Below are positions 61,201-64,000 of a DNA stretch of 64,000 nucleotides, piece after piece. The translations under genes and the position numbers were made by a program. This DNA is from Lobosporangium transversale. Its lineage: Eukaryota. The DNA lies in contig NW_019029019.1 in the NCBI RefSeq assembly GCF_002105155.1, forward strand, positions 124,001 through 188,000, read 5' to 3'. The notes below the pieces were generated by a model that searched no databases, was not told the DNA's origin, and saw only the letters and a program-made list of their open reading frames with translations. Position 1 is the first letter of the stretch; each line of letters begins with the position of its first letter.

Positions 61201-63726
61201 GCTCATTATTCACAATTACAACGGCAAGTGCGTGAAATTGACTTCAGAGATACGTTTCTGGATCTGGATCATCTGAAAGAGTCGTTTCCAGGCATGAAGA
61301 TTAAGGCAAGGGATGGAGAGGAGAGTGTGCTGGACGTACCGTTTGTTGTTAAGTTCCCTGAGACCATCGATACTGCGGCTTCTACATCCAAGAAGAGGAA
61401 AGGTAACGAGAAGGTCAAGAAAGCCAGTGCGAGCCATGAGCCAGAGCAGGCACAGGATGAATTGGTTGTAAGCACGTACAAGACCCCAAATATGGGTCCA
61501 TATCCCGAAGATATTCCCAATAGAAACCGTATTCGCTTCACTCCCACGCAGGTCGAGGCAATCAAAGCAGGTACCAATCCAGGACTGACGTTGGTCGTGG
61601 GACCTCCTGGAACAGGAAAGACAGATGTAGCCGTCCAGATCATTGCCAATCTCTACAATAACTTCCCCCATCAACATACGCTTTTGGTCACGCATTCTAA
61701 TCAGGCTCTGAACCAACTTTTTGAAAAGATCATTGCTTTGGATGTGGATGAGCGTCATTTGCTACGTCTCGGTCATGGTGAAGAGGAATTGAATACAGAG
61801 TTGAGCTTCAGCAAGTACGGTCGTGTGACGTCATTTTTGGAGAAACGTGTGAACCTCCTGGCAGAAGTTGATCGTTTGGCACAGTCGTTAGCGATTGGCG
61901 GTGAGCATGGATCAACGTGCGAGACTGCTGGCTACTTCAACTCGTACCATGTTCTACCCTTGTGGAGGGAATTTATGCGCCAAGTGTACAGCAAGGAAGA
62001 GAGCGAGCGGACAGTGGAGTTAGTCAAGAATCTATTCCCATACAGTGCCTATTTCAGCAATGCACCAACACCTTTATTTTCAGATACGACAACGTTCGAG
62101 GATGCTATGGAGGCTGCTCAAGGATGCCATCGTCATCTGAGCAAGCTGTTTGAGCAATTAGAGGAAGTCTCAGCATTTGAACTGTTACGCACAAGCTATG
62201 ACCGCGCCAACTACTTGTTAACTAAGGAAGCCAAGATCATTGCCATGACCTGTACACATGCAGCTCTCAAACGACGAGAGCTTGTCAACCTTGGATTCAA
62301 GTATGACAACATTGTTATGGAAGAAGCAGCCCAGATTTTGGAGGTGGAAACCTTCATTCCTATGCTGTTGCAGGAACCAGAAGATGGAGTCAACCGGTTA
62401 AAGCGTGTCATTCTAATTGGTGATCACAATCAGTTACCACCTGTGGTTAAAAACACATCCTTCCAGCAGTATGGCAACATGGAGCAGAGTATGTTTACTC
62501 GCTTTGTCCGCCTGGGTGTCCCCACAATCCAGCTGGATGCCCAAGGTCGTGCCCGCTCTGATATGGCCGATCTATACAAGTGGCGATACAAGCAACTGGG
62601 AGACCTACCCAACATTACAGAGAGGGAGGAATTCAAGTTTGCCAACCCAGGATTCCTGTACGATTATCAGTTTGTGAATGTGGAGAACTATAAAGGTCAA
62701 GGAGAGAATTCACCAAGGCCTCATTTTATCCAAAACTTGGGAGAGGCTGAGTATGTTGTAGCGGTGTACCAATACATGCGTCTACTGGGTTATCCGGCGG
62801 AGAAGATCACGATCTTGACGACGTACAATGGTCAAAAAGACCTGATACGTGATGTTTTGGACAGGCGGTGCGGCTGGAATCCGATTTTTGGCAAGCCAGC
62901 ACGCGTCACAACCGTTGACAAGTATCAGGGCCAACAAAACGATTGTAAGCGAGGATGCTATTTCCAGTAAAAGTCTCGTGCTTGTATACGTTTTTTTTTT
63001 GTGTTGACCTATTGTTTTATTTACACCACATTAACCCTTTGGTATGATTGCTTTTATTTTTTAGATGTGCTACTGTCACTTGTTAGGACGAAAGCGGTAG
63101 GACATATTCGTGATGTGCGTCGTCTAATTGTAGCGCTGTCTCGTGCCCGGTTAGGTCTGTATATCTTTGGCCGTCAGCGTTTGTTCGAGAATTGTCATGA
63201 GCTTGAGCCAGCGTTCAAACGACTCCTTCGACGTCCCACAAAGCTATGGCTTAAGACTGGAGAAATGTATCCTAATACGACTCGGCTCATCAGTAACGAT
63301 ACCAAGGCAGAAAAGGGCGATAATGAAGACATGGAAGCTGAAGCTGATGCTGATGCTGAGGGTGGAGAAGGTGCCAAGAAGAAGAAGCAAAAGAAGAAAG
63401 CGGCCGCCAAGAAGAAGGACAAGGGTAATAAGGGGGGTAAAGGCATGGACGACGAGTCTGGTGAAACATCAGGATCAAGTAGCAACAACTATGAGATTGA
63501 GAATGTTGGACAGTTTGGAGAGTATATTTTTGGAATGATGAAGGAGCAACAACAGTTTGCGCTACAACAGCAAAAGGCATACATGGAGAGTCTGCAACTT
63601 CCATCGGATGTCATTCCGCAGATTGAAGCTGCAGCTGATCATAATAAGGATATAGAGATGGCAGCTGAAAATGAAGGAGGCCCAGATGCTGCAGAGAATG
63701 TGGCCATGGATGTGGATAGCAAGTAG
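58223..63726 (+). CDS. AQR: Intron-binding spliceosomal RNA helicase Aquarius (Cwf11), multi-exon
   Basis: [94 protein letters not shown] and [11 protein letters not shown]. Confidence 0.97.
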
Positions 63727-63762
63727 CTGTAAAGTGTAGTAATGTGGTGAAATTGACCCCCA

Positions 63763-63795
<33 letters not shown>

Positions 63796-64000
63796 GGTTT
63801 ACTTTGAGTGGATTAATCTGAATGAATATTGTTTTTAGATTACTAAGAGTCCAGTGTTCTGGTCTCATGAGTAGCATCCATAGCACCCTTACGGGCGGAA
63901 AAAGTAAAATATTGATAGTTATATTAACTGAATGAATTCCAAAGGCTGGGGAACCAAATGCGAAAAGGGCATAGTTCAGCCACCCAAGCTTAAGAAAATG

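Noticed and set aside
1083..63604. Numerous short antisense or poly-K/poly-F ORFs in the track
   Set aside because: They are shadows of real exons or translations of intronic poly-A/T runs.

Overview
Intron-rich, AT-rich fungal genomic DNA, most likely Mortierellaceae (inferred from the Arm-like/NACHT/pentapeptide/WD40 and RNI-type LRR gene families and the long poly-A/T intron tracts). Positions 1-31.6 kb hold a NACHT-WD40 pseudogene and ordinary genes: PPC decarboxylase, RFC1, an LRR protein, gamma-glutamyl transpeptidase, GPN2, an ABCC transporter, a GNAT, a RhoGEF and ERG8. Aquarius helicase closes the window (58.2-63.7 kb). Between ERG8 and Aquarius lies a ~25.5 kb accessory island built from three inverted-repeat pairs. 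An outer ~400 bp pair brackets the island. An RNI-type LRR gene faces an inverted alternative copy of its own last repeats. An intact ~2000 aa NLR-like NACHT-WD40 gene faces an inverted alternative copy of its last WD40 repeat and downstream DNA, with a ~1.1 kb apparently identical core. The island also carries a spliceable putative restriction-endonuclease-fold gene preceded by a 191 bp structured tandem repeat, plus Ty3/gypsy, PIF/Harbinger, hAT and MITE relics. All gene models and alignments were done by eye; no searches were run.
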